Shown here piece by piece: positions 45,985 through 56,401 of a stretch of 64,000 bases of DNA. The translations under genes and the position numbers were made by a program. Position 1 is the first letter of the stretch, and every line of letters begins with the position of its first letter. Where the stretch lies: contig JAVJQW010000046.1 of the NCBI GenBank assembly GCA_040218735.1, positions 320,001 to 384,000 of the forward strand, in the 5' to 3' direction. Source of the stretch: Deltaproteobacteria bacterium (lineage in GTDB: Bacteria; Myxococcota; Kuafuiibacteriia; Kuafuiibacteriales; Kuafuiibacteriaceae). Below the pieces are notes generated by a model. The model was not told the origin of the DNA, ran no database searches, and was given only the letters and a program-made list of their open reading frames with translations.

Positions 45985-47498
45985 CGGACCCAGTCGTCGT
46001 CATCGGTTCTGGCTTCGGCGGCCTCGCCGCCGCGGTTCGCATGCGCGCCAAAGGCCACCGCGTCGTCGTGCTCGAGGCGCGCGATCAGCCGGGCGGTCGC
46101 GCCTCGGTGTTCCGGCGCGACGGTTTCACGTTCGACGCGGGACCGACGGTCATCACCGCGCCGTACCTGCTCTCCGAGCTGTTCGACCTCGTGGGGCGAG
46201 ACGCCCGCGACTACTACGAGCTGATGCCGGTCGATCCGTTCTACCGGATCGAGATGCACGACGGTTCGCGCTTCGACTACGTCGGCGACGAAGATCGGCT
46301 GATCACGCAGATTCGCAACTTTGACGCGCGTGACGTCGACGGCTACCGCGAGCTGGTGAAACACGTCCGGCAGATCTTCGACATCGGTTACACCGAGCTG
46401 TCCGACGTCCCGTTCGACAAGATCACCGACATGCTCCGCGTCGTACCGGACCTCATGCGACTCGAGAGCTACCGGTCGGTGTACAGCCTCGTCGCGAAGT
46501 ACATCCGCGACGAACGCCTCCGCCAGGTCTTCACGTTCCAGCCGCTGCTGGTCGGCGGGAACCCGTTCAAGGTCACGTCGATCTACACGCTCATCCACTG
46601 GCTCGAGCGCAAGTGGGGCGTCTACTTCGCGAAGGGCGGCACGACCGCGATCATCCACGCGCTGGTGCAGCTCCTCGAAGAGCTCGACGTCGACGTGCGG
46701 ATGAACGCACCCGTCGAAGAGATCGAGGTCGACACCCAGGGCCGCGCCACCGCGGTTCGCGTCGCGGGCGGCGAGCGCATCCCGTGTTCGTTCGTGGTCG
46801 CGAACGCAGACCCGTCCGCGGTCTACACGCGCCTGATCGACGCGAAGCACCGAAGGAAACACACCGACCGGAGCGTCGCGCGGAAGCGTCCGTCGATGAG
46901 CCTGTTCGTCGCGTACTTCGGCGCGGACCGCACGTACGAAGACCTCGCGCACCACACGATCGTCCTCGGCCCTCGCTACGAGGGGCTGCTGAAGGACATC
47001 TTCGATCGCAAGGTCCTCGCCGACGACTTCTCGTTGTACCTGCACGCGCCGACGCGCTCCGACCCGACGATGGCGCCGGCCGGTCACGAATGTTTCTACG
47101 TCCTGTCTCCGGTGCCCAACGCACGCAGCGGTATCGACTGGAAAGAGGAGGGGCCGCGTTACCTCGAGCGGCTCATGAACGGGCTGGAGCAGCGGATCCT
47201 CCCCGGCCTGTCGAAGCACAAGGTCAGCCTCGACTTCGTGACCCCCGACTACTTCGCGCAGGAGCTCCGCTCCGTGGACGGCGCGGCGTTCGGGCTCGAG
47301 CCGGTCCTCCAGCAGTCCGCGTGGTTCCGCTACCACAACCGCTCCGAGGACGTGGACGGCCTGTACTTCGTCGGCGCGAGCACGCACCCCGGCGCGGGCG
47401 TGCCGGGTGTGTTGTGCACGGCGAAGGTGCTCGACCGGATGGCCCCCGAGGCCGACCACCCCGTCGCGCTCCCCGGCCTCAGGAGGCGCGCGTCGTGA
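45981..47498 (+). CDS. crtI: Phytoene desaturase
   Basis: GSGFGG; FDAGPTVIT; LLVGGNPF; LYLHAP; QSAWFR; GASTHPGAGVPGV. Confidence 0.96.
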   Translation: MTDPVVVIGSGFGGLAAAVRMRAKGHRVVVLEARDQPGGRASVFRRDGFTFDAGPTVITAPYLLSELFDLVGRDARDYYELMPVDPFYRIEMHDGSRFDYVGDEDRLITQIRNFDARDVDGYRELVKHVRQIFDIGYTELSDVPFDKITDMLRVVPDLMRLESYRSVYSLVAKYIRDERLRQVFTFQPLLVGGNPFKVTSIYTLIHWLERKWGVYFAKGGTTAIIHALVQLLEELDVDVRMNAPVEEIEVDTQGRATAVRVAGGERIPCSFVVANADPSAVYTRLIDAKHRRKHTDRSVARKRPSMSLFVAYFGADRTYEDLAHHTIVLGPRYEGLLKDIFDRKVLADDFSLYLHAPTRSDPTMAPAGHECFYVLSPVPNARSGIDWKEEGPRYLERLMNGLEQRILPGLSKHKVSLDFVTPDYFAQELRSVDGAAFGLEPVLQQSAWFRYHNRSEDVDGLYFVGASTHPGAGVPGVLCTAKVLDRMAPEADHPVALPGLRRRAS

Positions 47499-48451
47499 CG
47501 ACCGGTGAACCGCTCGCGCTCGCGCCCGTCGTCGCGCGCTCCCCGGCGGACGACGAGGCCGTCCTCGCCGCCGGCTCCAAGTCCTTCTACTGGGCGTCGC
47601 GTGTCCTGCCGAAGGACGTCCGTCGCGACGTCGCCGCGCTCTACACGTTCTGTCGCTACGTCGACGACGTCGCCGACGAGAGCCCCGACCGCGCGTGGGC
47701 GTCGGTCGAGCTCGATCGCGTCCTCGCCGAGCTCGACGGTGACGCAGAGCCACGGCCGGTCGTCGCGAACCTCCTCTCCGTCGCGCATCGCCGCGACCTC
47801 GACATCGACGCGGCCCGGTGCCTGGTCGCCGCCGTGCAGGACGACCTCGACGACGTGCGCGTCTCGAACCTCGGCGGCTTGACGCGTTACTGCTACGGCG
47901 TCGCCGGGACCGTGGGGCTGATGATGTGCAGCTTGATCGGTGTGACCGACCGACGCGCACGCCCCCACGCGATCGATCTCGGGATCGCGATGCAGCTGAC
48001 GAACATCTGCCGCGACGTCGCCGAAGACGCCGAGCGCGGGCGCGTCTACCTTCCGAAGACGCTCCTTCGCCACGCCGGTGTCCGCGCCGACGACGTCGTC
48101 GACGGCTATGCGGATCGCCACGGCGTGCAAAGCGTGATCGAAGTGCTCCTCCAGATCGCGGACCTCTACTACGCCAGCGCCGAGCGCGGGATGCGCGCGA
48201 TTCCGGTCGGGCCTCGCCTCGCCATCCTCGTCGCGGCCCGTGTCTACCGACGGATCGGCGACAAACTCCGTCGACGAGGGACGCGCTGGTGGCGCGGGCG
48301 AACCGTGGTGTCCGCGCTCGAGAAGACCTGGGTCACCCTCGGCGCGCTCGCGCGATTCCCGTTCCTCCCCCGCCGCGACGTCCACGCACGCGGGCTCCAC
48401 GTCGCGCTGCGCGGCCTCCCCGGAGCCGACGTTCGTACTCGAACACCATGA
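47495..48451 (+). CDS. crtB: Phytoene synthase
   Basis: GSKSF; YTFCRYVDDVAD; YCYGVAGTVG; LGIAMQLTNICRDVAED; GRVYLP. Confidence 0.95.
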   Translation: MTTGEPLALAPVVARSPADDEAVLAAGSKSFYWASRVLPKDVRRDVAALYTFCRYVDDVADESPDRAWASVELDRVLAELDGDAEPRPVVANLLSVAHRRDLDIDAARCLVAAVQDDLDDVRVSNLGGLTRYCYGVAGTVGLMMCSLIGVTDRRARPHAIDLGIAMQLTNICRDVAEDAERGRVYLPKTLLRHAGVRADDVVDGYADRHGVQSVIEVLLQIADLYYASAERGMRAIPVGPRLAILVAARVYRRIGDKLRRRGTRWWRGRTVVSALEKTWVTLGALARFPFLPRRDVHARGLHVALRGLPGADVRTRTP

Positions 48452-49218
48452 GCCTCTTCGTCACCACTCGCGGGAGCGGCGCGCACCACTTCGTTGCGTT
48501 GCACGGTTGGGGCGCCGACCACCGGGCGTTTGCTCCCGTCGTGCGTCGCATGCCGACGGACGTGACGCTGCACCTCATCGACCAGCCCGGTTGCGGCCAA
48601 AGCGTCGCGCCCGACGCGTGGACCGTCGATTCGATCGCGGAGCCGATCGTGCGCTACATCGACAGCCTCCCCACGGAGCGCGCGACGATCGTCGGCGCGT
48701 GCAGCGGCGCCGTCGTCGGGTTGTTCGCCGCGTTGGCTCGACCGAACCGTCTAGAACGCCTCGTCCTGATCGATCCCTTCCTCGAAGCCCCGTGGTACTT
48801 CGCGTTGTTCACCTGGCCGATCGTCGGTCGGCTCTTCTACCGATCGAGCTTCGGCAACGATCTCGGGCGACGCATCACCAACAGCTTCGTGAGGCAGAAC
48901 CGTCGCTCGGACATGACCGGGGGCTTCGCCCGTGTGCACCACGACCGCGCGCTGCGTTACCTGCGCGCGCTCGTCACCGCGGAGCGCCCCGAGGCCGAAG
49001 CGCTGCGGCGGCTCGACGGTCGCGTCGACATCGCCGTCGGACAAAACACGTTCGGCGTAGTTCGTCGTTCGGTCGCGGAGTTCGTCGAGTTATACTGGCC
49101 CTCGACGGCGGTGACCGTGGTCGACGGTGCGGGTCATCTTCCGCTCCTCGAAGCACCTCGCGCGGTCGCGGATCGAGTACTGTGGCCGACAGACCAAAGA
49201 CAAAGGAGGGCCTCGTGA
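48448..49218 (+). CDS. Alpha/beta hydrolase with Cys in the nucleophile elbow
   Basis: LHGWG; DQPGCG; GACSG; AGHLP. ATGA coupling to crtB. Confidence 0.85.
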   Translation: MSLFVTTRGSGAHHFVALHGWGADHRAFAPVVRRMPTDVTLHLIDQPGCGQSVAPDAWTVDSIAEPIVRYIDSLPTERATIVGACSGAVVGLFAALARPNRLERLVLIDPFLEAPWYFALFTWPIVGRLFYRSSFGNDLGRRITNSFVRQNRRSDMTGGFARVHHDRALRYLRALVTAERPEAEALRRLDGRVDIAVGQNTFGVVRRSVAEFVELYWPSTAVTVVDGAGHLPLLEAPRAVADRVLWPTDQRQRRAS

Positions 49219-50135
49219 AGTCGGTAGGCGCCGAGTCCGATGGGCTGTACCCGATGCGTCTCGTGACGCGTCTGACGGGTCTCAACGCGGACACCATTCG
49301 TGCGTGGGAGCGCCGCTACGGCGCCGTGACGCCGGACCGCAGCGCGGGAAACACGCGGCGTTTTTCGCCCGATGATGTTCGACGCCTCACGCTCCTGCAC
49401 GAAGCCGTCGAGCGCGGCCACACCATCGGCGCGATCGCGCACCTGTCGACCGAAGAGCTGCAGGGGATGGTCGACGACCGTTCGACGCCGCTCGATCCGT
49501 CGTCCGACCCGCCCGAGCAATCGTTCACGCAGTGGCGGCAGTCGTACCTCGGCGCGATCGCGCGCTTCGAGACACGGCGGGCGCACGAGCTGCTCACGCG
49601 CGCGGCCACGCTGATGGACCGACGCTCGCTCGTCTACGACGTCGTCCTCCCGGTCGTCCGCGAGGTCGGCGAGCGCTGGGCGGGCGGTGAGGTCGGCGTC
49701 GCGCAGGAACACATCGTCACGCGTCAGCTCACCTCCGTCCTGCAGGTCATGCTGGACTCGCAGTACCTCCCGCCCGGTGCGCCGCGCCTCTTGATGACGA
49801 CGCCGCCGGGGCACCGTCACGAGTTCGGCATCCTCGTCGCGGGGCTGCTCGCCCTCGAGAAGGGCGTCGAACCGATCCACCTCGGCGTGGATCTGCCGCT
49901 GGAGGACGTCTCGTGGGCGGTGCGGATGAGCCGCGCGAACGCGCTGGTGATGTCCGTGGCGCGAGACCTGGACGAGCGGGAGACCGAGCACCTGCCCCAG
50001 CAGCTGGAGCTGGTCGCGAACTGGACTTCGCTCTGGATCGGCGCCCCCGCCGGCCACCCGCTAGTGACGCGGGTCCCGTCCGCGCGGTTCTTCCACGACT
50101 TCGACCGGTTCGAAGAAGCGCTGTCCGAGCTGTAG
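49215..50135 (+). CDS. carH: MerR-family B12-binding light-responsive repressor (CarH/CarA/LitR)
   Basis: IRAWERRYG; W-x9-EH (WAGGEVGVAQEH); HRHEFG; LGVDLP; located in a carotenoid operon. Confidence 0.88.
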   Translation: MKSVGAESDGLYPMRLVTRLTGLNADTIRAWERRYGAVTPDRSAGNTRRFSPDDVRRLTLLHEAVERGHTIGAIAHLSTEELQGMVDDRSTPLDPSSDPPEQSFTQWRQSYLGAIARFETRRAHELLTRAATLMDRRSLVYDVVLPVVREVGERWAGGEVGVAQEHIVTRQLTSVLQVMLDSQYLPPGAPRLLMTTPPGHRHEFGILVAGLLALEKGVEPIHLGVDLPLEDVSWAVRMSRANALVMSVARDLDERETEHLPQQLELVANWTSLWIGAPAGHPLVTRVPSARFFHDFDRFEEALSEL

Positions 50136-50185
50136 CTCGGCGAGCCCCTTGTCGCCGGTCCGCCAATCGTGGCACGGCGGCGCGC

Positions 50186-51514
<1,329 letters not shown>

Positions 51515-51565
51515 AGGCGGGCGGACGCTGGCGCCGCGCCGGTAGTCTCGATATCTATCCACGCG

Positions 51566-52900
51566 ATGGCGCTGCGTCGCGAGCTCGGAACCGTCACGGC
51601 GTTCCTGATCGGGCTCGGCGTCGCGATCGGATCCGGCATCTTCCGCACGCCGAGCCTCGTCTCGGGGGTGATCTCCGCGCCGTGGATGATCGTCGGGCTC
51701 TGGGGCCTCGGCGGGCTCTTCATCCTGTGCTCCGGCCTCGTCAGCGCGGAGCTCTCCACGCGCTTCCCGCAGGCCGGTGGTGAGTACGTCTACCTCCGCG
51801 AAGCCTACGGCGAGCTCCCCGCGTTCTTCTTCGGCTGGGGGTACACCGTGTTCATCATCGGCGGCGGCGCGGCGACGATCGCGGCCGCCTGCGGCGAGGC
51901 GAGCGCGGAGCTGTTCGGCGTGGACCAGGCCTACGCGCGTTATTTCGGCGCGGGTGCGCTCGTCGCCGTCACCGGGATCAACGCGATCGGATTGAAGGCC
52001 GGTGCGTGGATGCAGAACGTCCTCACCGCGACGAAGGTCCTCGCGATCGTCGGGGTGTCGATCGCCGCGTTCACGTGGGGCGACTCGACCACCGACTGGA
52101 CCGCCCCGCTCGTCGTCCCCGAGGACCGCACGCTGTTCGCGACGCTGGTGCTCGCGTTCCCGCCGGTGCTGTGGGCCTACGAGGGCACGACCGACGCCGT
52201 GAAGATGGCGGAGGAGGTCGACGACGTACACCGCGCGCTCCCGCGTGCGCTCATCGGTTCGGCGCTGACGCTCACGCTCCTCTACGTGACGATCAACATC
52301 GCGTACCTGTCGGTGCTCGCGCCCAGTGAGATCGCCGCTTCGCGGTTCGCGCCGAGCGACGTGATGGCCAAGCTGTTCGGCGAGGTCGGTCACAAGGTGA
52401 TGACGCTGCTGTCGCTCGTCGTCTTCTTCGGTGCGCTGAGCTCCACGATCCTCGCCACCGTGCGTGTCACGTTCGCGCTCGCCCGGGACGGCCTCGCACC
52501 GCGAGGGTTGGCGCGCATGTCGAAGTCGCAGTCGCCGGTCATCGCGTTGTGCACGGCGGCGTCCATCGCGCTGGTATTCACGCTCGCGCGCGGCTTCTCG
52601 CAGATCCTGAGCATCTACTTCCTGGCGGCGGCGGTGCTGTTCGGTCTCGCGTACGCGAGCCTGCTCGTCTTCCGTCACCGCGACCCGCCCGAGGGGCCGC
52701 CGAAGCACGTCTTCCGCGCGCCGGGCGGTCCGGTGATCGCGCTGCTGTTGATCCTGACGCAGCTCGCGATGGGGGCGATGATCGTCGTCGAGTCGCCGCT
52801 CGACAGCCTCTACACCGTGCTCCTGCTCGCGTCGCTCGCGGTGATCTACAAGGTCTGGCGTAGGTTCGTCCCGGCGACGGCGCGCGGGAAGGTCGCGTAG
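51566..52900 (+). CDS. APC-family amino acid permease
   Basis: GSGIF; AEL...P.AGGEY.YL; AYEG; about 12 TM segments. Confidence 0.92.
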   Translation: MALRRELGTVTAFLIGLGVAIGSGIFRTPSLVSGVISAPWMIVGLWGLGGLFILCSGLVSAELSTRFPQAGGEYVYLREAYGELPAFFFGWGYTVFIIGGGAATIAAACGEASAELFGVDQAYARYFGAGALVAVTGINAIGLKAGAWMQNVLTATKVLAIVGVSIAAFTWGDSTTDWTAPLVVPEDRTLFATLVLAFPPVLWAYEGTTDAVKMAEEVDDVHRALPRALIGSALTLTLLYVTINIAYLSVLAPSEIAASRFAPSDVMAKLFGEVGHKVMTLLSLVVFFGALSSTILATVRVTFALARDGLAPRGLARMSKSQSPVIALCTAASIALVFTLARGFSQILSIYFLAAAVLFGLAYASLLVFRHRDPPEGPPKHVFRAPGGPVIALLLILTQLAMGAMIVVESPLDSLYTVLLLASLAVIYKVWRRFVPATARGKVA

Positions 52901-53721
52901 TCGTGGGCGCGTAGCGCTTCGGCGTGCGTCGCTTCGAACGACGGGATCTCGGCGTCCCACTCCAGGAGCATCGACGCGCCGCCGCAGCGCGCGTAGGCAT
53001 CGCGGAACAGCTCCCAGACCGGCTCGATGACCGGGCCGATGTGGGTGTCGACGATGTGTGTGCCGTTGTTGGTGTGGCCGGCGACGTGGAACTGCACGAC
53101 GCGCGTGGGGTCGATCGCGTCGAGGTACGTCTTCGGATCGTAGCCGTGGTTGAACGACGCGACGTAGATGTTGTTCACGTCGAGCAGCAACCCGCAGTCG
53201 GCCTCCGCGCACAGGCGCGCGAGGAAGTCGTACTCGGTCATCGTCGAGCCGCTGAACTCGACGTAGCTCGACGGGTTCTCGAGCAGGAGCGGTGACTCGA
53301 GGAAGTCCTGCACCTCGCGCACGCGCTTCACGAGGTGCGCGAGCGCCTCCTCCGTGTACGGGAGCGGAAGCAGGTCGTGGGTGTTCTTGCCCGCGAAGCC
53401 CGTCCAGCAGAGGTGGTCCGACACCCAGCGCGCGCCCACGCGGTCGCGCAGCGTCTTGAGCTTCGTGAGGTAGTCGAAGTCGAGCGGGTCGGGCGAGCCG
53501 ATCGACATCGACACGCCGTGCATGACGATCGGGTAGCGCTCGGCGATCTGGTCGAGGATGTAGAGCGGCCGGCCGCCGGTCTCCATGTAGTTCTCGCTGA
53601 TGATCTCGAACCAGTCGACGTCCGGTTCGTTCGCGAGGATGTGCGGGTAGTGTTTCGTGCGGAGCCCGAGGCCCACGCCGAGGTTTTCGTAGCCGAACCG
53701 GTTGCTCATGACGTTGGACAC
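52846..53721 (-). CDS. DUF692 multinuclear non-heme iron oxidase (MNIO, BufB-like)
   Basis: GLGLR; FEIISENYM; HGVSMSIGS; SDHL; LLPLP; ENPSSY; LLDVNN; HVAGH; DTH; LEWD. Confidence 0.95.
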   Translation of the reverse strand: MSNVMSNRFGYENLGVGLGLRTKHYPHILANEPDVDWFEIISENYMETGGRPLYILDQIAERYPIVMHGVSMSIGSPDPLDFDYLTKLKTLRDRVGARWVSDHLCWTGFAGKNTHDLLPLPYTEEALAHLVKRVREVQDFLESPLLLENPSSYVEFSGSTMTEYDFLARLCAEADCGLLLDVNNIYVASFNHGYDPKTYLDAIDPTRVVQFHVAGHTNNGTHIVDTHIGPVIEPVWELFRDAYARCGGASMLLEWDAEIPSFEATHAEALRAHDYATFPRAVAGTNLRQTL

Positions 53722-53769
53722 CGGGCCCGACGGATCGTCACGACCCGCCGAACCCAGCGCGCTGGAGCA

Positions 53770-54174
53770 TCAGCCGACCTTGCAGCCGCCCTGACCCTTG
53801 CACGTGTTCTGGCCCTTGCACTCGTGCTTGCCGTCGACCTTGCAGCCGCCCTGACCCTTGCACTCGTTCTGGCCCTTGCAGTCGTGCTTGGCCGTGGCGC
53901 AGCCGCCCATGCCCTTGCAGTCGTTCTTGCCGCCGCAGTCGTGTTTGCCTTCGACCGCGCAGCCGCCCTGGCCCTTACAGGCGTTCAGGCCCTTACACGC
54001 GTGCTTCGCCGGCGCGGCGGTGGCGGCGGCGCTGGAGCTCGCGGTGTCGGCTTCGGCGCTCTCGGCCGGCGCCGAGGAGGCCCCGTCCGCCGGGGGTTTG
54101 TTGGAGGCACACGCGAGCCCGCCCATCATCAGGCCGGAGATCGCAGCGGTTACGAACGGATTGGTCTTCTTCAT
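53770..54174 (-). CDS. Cys-rich repeat RiPP precursor (BufA2/bufferin-like), predicted lipoprotein
   Basis: Signal peptide with GLAC lipobox, Ala/Ser linker, 4 x KHxC(K/G)GxNxCKGxGGC; directly upstream of DUF692. Confidence 0.88.
   Translation of the reverse strand: MKKTNPFVTAAISGLMMGGLACASNKPPADGASSAPAESAEADTASSSAAATAAPAKHACKGLNACKGQGGCAVEGKHDCGGKNDCKGMGGCATAKHDCKGQNECKGQGGCKVDGKHECKGQNTCKGQGGCKVG
53773..54008. repeat. Tandem ~57-60 bp coding repeats encoding the Cys-rich cores
   Basis: GACCTTGCAGCCGCCCTGACCCTTGCAC occurs twice 60 bp apart; two more diverged copies follow. Confidence 0.9.
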
Positions 54175-54304
54175 CTTCTCAGTTGGTCCTTCTGTAGCCC
54201 TCGATCGAGGCCTTGATTTCGATATGCCGTGAGGCACCCACGGTTACGCGACCGTCGCCGCGCGTTACGTGTTTTCGACGTCAGACTACAGATCGGACGA
54301 ACGG

Positions 54305-54340
54305 GCAACCCCCCGACCCGGACAGGGGCCGAGGGGTTAC
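54305..54340 (-). terminator. Stem-loop downstream of flgE, probable terminator or processing site
   Basis: Minus strand GTAACCCCTCGGCCC-CTGTCC-GGGTCGGGGGGTTGC forms a 15-bp stem with G-U pairs; no U-tract. Confidence 0.55.
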
Positions 54341-54378
54341 GCCGTTCAACTGAGGCTCAACCGAGCTTCAGCGGGGGA

Positions 54379-55665
54379 TTAGCGCTTGAGGTTCACGGTC
54401 TCGACGAGGAGCTCGTCGGCCGTGGTGATGGTGCGCGAGGTGGCCTGGTAGGCGCGCTGGTCGGTGATCAGGTTGACGAACTCCGTGGAGAGATCGACGT
54501 TCGACGACTCGAGCGCGGACCCCTGCAGGGAGCCTCGACCGCCGGCGCCGGCGAAGCCGATCGCGGCCTCGCCGCTGAGGGGTGTCTGCTGGAAGAGCGT
54601 CCCGCCCATGCGCGTGAGGTTCACCTCCGAAGTGAAGCTGGCCAGCGCGACGCGGCCGACGGTGCGGACGCGACCGTCGTTGTAGCGCGCGTCGATCGTG
54701 CCGTCGGTGTTGATCGCGACCTCCAGGAACTCGGCCGGCGCGGAGCCGTCCTGCCCGGCGGCGCGGACCGCGTAGCTGGCGTTGACGTCGTGGCTCACAC
54801 CGGTCGACCCGGCGAAGTCGAAGTTGATCGACTGTCCGGCGGTCGCGCCGAGGAAGTCCACCGGCGTCGTCGTCACCGCGGTCTGGTTGTTGAACGCGCC
54901 GCTCGTCATGTTGACGGTGCCGGTCTCGATCGTGATCGGCGTACCGGCGGTGCCGCCGACGGTCTCACCGCCGTCGACCTGCGCGTGGTACTCCCACGAC
55001 GTGAGGCTGCGCTTCACGAAGTACACGTCGACGCGGTGGCCGTTGCCGATCGAGTCGTAGACGGTCATCGTCGTCTGGTCGCTGTACGTCGCCGGGTCCG
55101 TCGGGTCGAACGCGGGCGCCGGAGCGGCCGGCGTCGGGATCACCGCGTCCTGCGGGTTGCCGTTGAACTGGATCTCCAGGTTCGCCGTCGTGGTCGCGAC
55201 CGGCGGCAGCAGGCCCGTGTTGAGCTGCAGATCGCCGAGCGTCGGCAGGATGTTGCCCCGCGCGTCCGCCGGGTAGCCCTGCAGGCGGAGGTTGTCCGAG
55301 TTCACGAGGAAGCCGCTGTTGTCGGTCGTGAACTGACCGGCGCGGCTGTAGAACTGCCCGTCCGTGCCGCCCACGCTGCCGCGCAGCGTGAAGAAGCCCT
55401 TGCCCGAGATCGCCATGTCGGTCGCGCGTGCGCTGCCGAGGATGGTGCCCTGGTGGAACAACGATTCGATCGACGCGACCCGCGAGCCGGCGCCGAGGTC
55501 ACCCACGCCGACGATGTTCTGCGTGAGGACGTCCTGGAACACCGCGCGCGAGCTGCGGTGACCGACGGTGTTGATGTTGGCGATGTTGTCACTGGTGACG
55601 CTCAGCGAGCGCCCGGTCGACTGAATGCCCGACAACCCAGCATTCATCATCCTCGAGATGGTCAT
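54379..55665 (-). CDS. flgE: Flagellar hook protein
   Basis: SDNIANINTVG; DMAISGKGFF; YSRAGQF; VYDSIG..H; LESSNVDL; QRAYQA. Confidence 0.95.
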   Translation of the reverse strand: MTISRMMNAGLSGIQSTGRSLSVTSDNIANINTVGHRSSRAVFQDVLTQNIVGVGDLGAGSRVASIESLFHQGTILGSARATDMAISGKGFFTLRGSVGGTDGQFYSRAGQFTTDNSGFLVNSDNLRLQGYPADARGNILPTLGDLQLNTGLLPPVATTTANLEIQFNGNPQDAVIPTPAAPAPAFDPTDPATYSDQTTMTVYDSIGNGHRVDVYFVKRSLTSWEYHAQVDGGETVGGTAGTPITIETGTVNMTSGAFNNQTAVTTTPVDFLGATAGQSINFDFAGSTGVSHDVNASYAVRAAGQDGSAPAEFLEVAINTDGTIDARYNDGRVRTVGRVALASFTSEVNLTRMGGTLFQQTPLSGEAAIGFAGAGGRGSLQGSALESSNVDLSTEFVNLITDQRAYQATSRTITTADELLVETVNLKR

Positions 55666-55744
55666 GGTCTGAACTCCTCTTCATTGTTCCGCCGCTTATC
55701 CTCGCGGCGGGGTTCGTACTGTCTCTCTTCGTACAAAGAGACGG

Positions 55745-56401
55745 TTAGTTGAGCACCCGCACGACGTTGGCGGGATCGATCCTCAGCGCGTCGGCCATCA
55801 GCTTCGCGGCGCCGTCCTCGTAGGTGACGCCGTCGATACGTTTGGTCGCGTAGAGTGTGGCTTCCACCGGATCCGAGTCCGGTGACTGCGTGTCGAGTCG
55901 GTACCGGTAGCTCCCGGGGGGGAGGCGGTTGCCGTTGGTGTCGGTGCCGTCCCACTCGACGGAGGACAGCCCGGTCTCCGCGGGGGCGCGGATCTTGGCG
56001 ACGACGCGGCCGCGGTCGTCGATGATCTCGACGCTATTGGTGACCGCGGGGCGCGAGAGCTCGAAGTTGATCAGCGTGTTGCCTTGCGACTCGAGATCGA
56101 TCTGGTCGCCCTCGAAGACGGCGGTGCGACCCACGAGATCCACGGTCTGGCCCTGCAGCACACCCGCCTGCGCGACGGCGAGGGAGTCCATGCCCTCGTT
56201 GATCGAAGTGAGCTGCTCCAGGTTGGAGAACGTCGCGAGCTGCGCGACGAAGTCGGCACCCTCGAGCGGCTCCAGCGGGTTCTGGTTGGACAGCTGCGCG
56301 ATGAGGAGCTGAAGGAACTGGTCCTTGCCGAGCTCTTGGTTGGCGGGCGCGCCTGCGAGTGAGCTCGCGGCGTTAGCGCCGTTCAGGCCGTTGATTTCCA
56401 T
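55745..56401 (-). CDS. flgD: Flagellar hook capping protein
   Basis: LGKDQFLQLLIAQLSNQNPLEP; QLATFSNLEQ; WDGTDTNG...PGSY. Confidence 0.95.
   Translation of the reverse strand: MEINGLNGANAASSLAGAPANQELGKDQFLQLLIAQLSNQNPLEPLEGADFVAQLATFSNLEQLTSINEGMDSLAVAQAGVLQGQTVDLVGRTAVFEGDQIDLESQGNTLINFELSRPAVTNSVEIIDDRGRVVAKIRAPAETGLSSVEWDGTDTNGNRLPPGSYRYRLDTQSPDSDPVEATLYATKRIDGVTYEDGAAKLMADALRIDPANVVRVLN

Noticed and set aside
50170-50185. TGGCACG upstream of pfp as a sigma54 promoter
   Set aside because: No TTGC at the required spacing.
53773-54008. Regularly spaced repeats as a possible CRISPR array
   Set aside because: They are in-frame coding repeats without unique spacers, and no cas genes are present.
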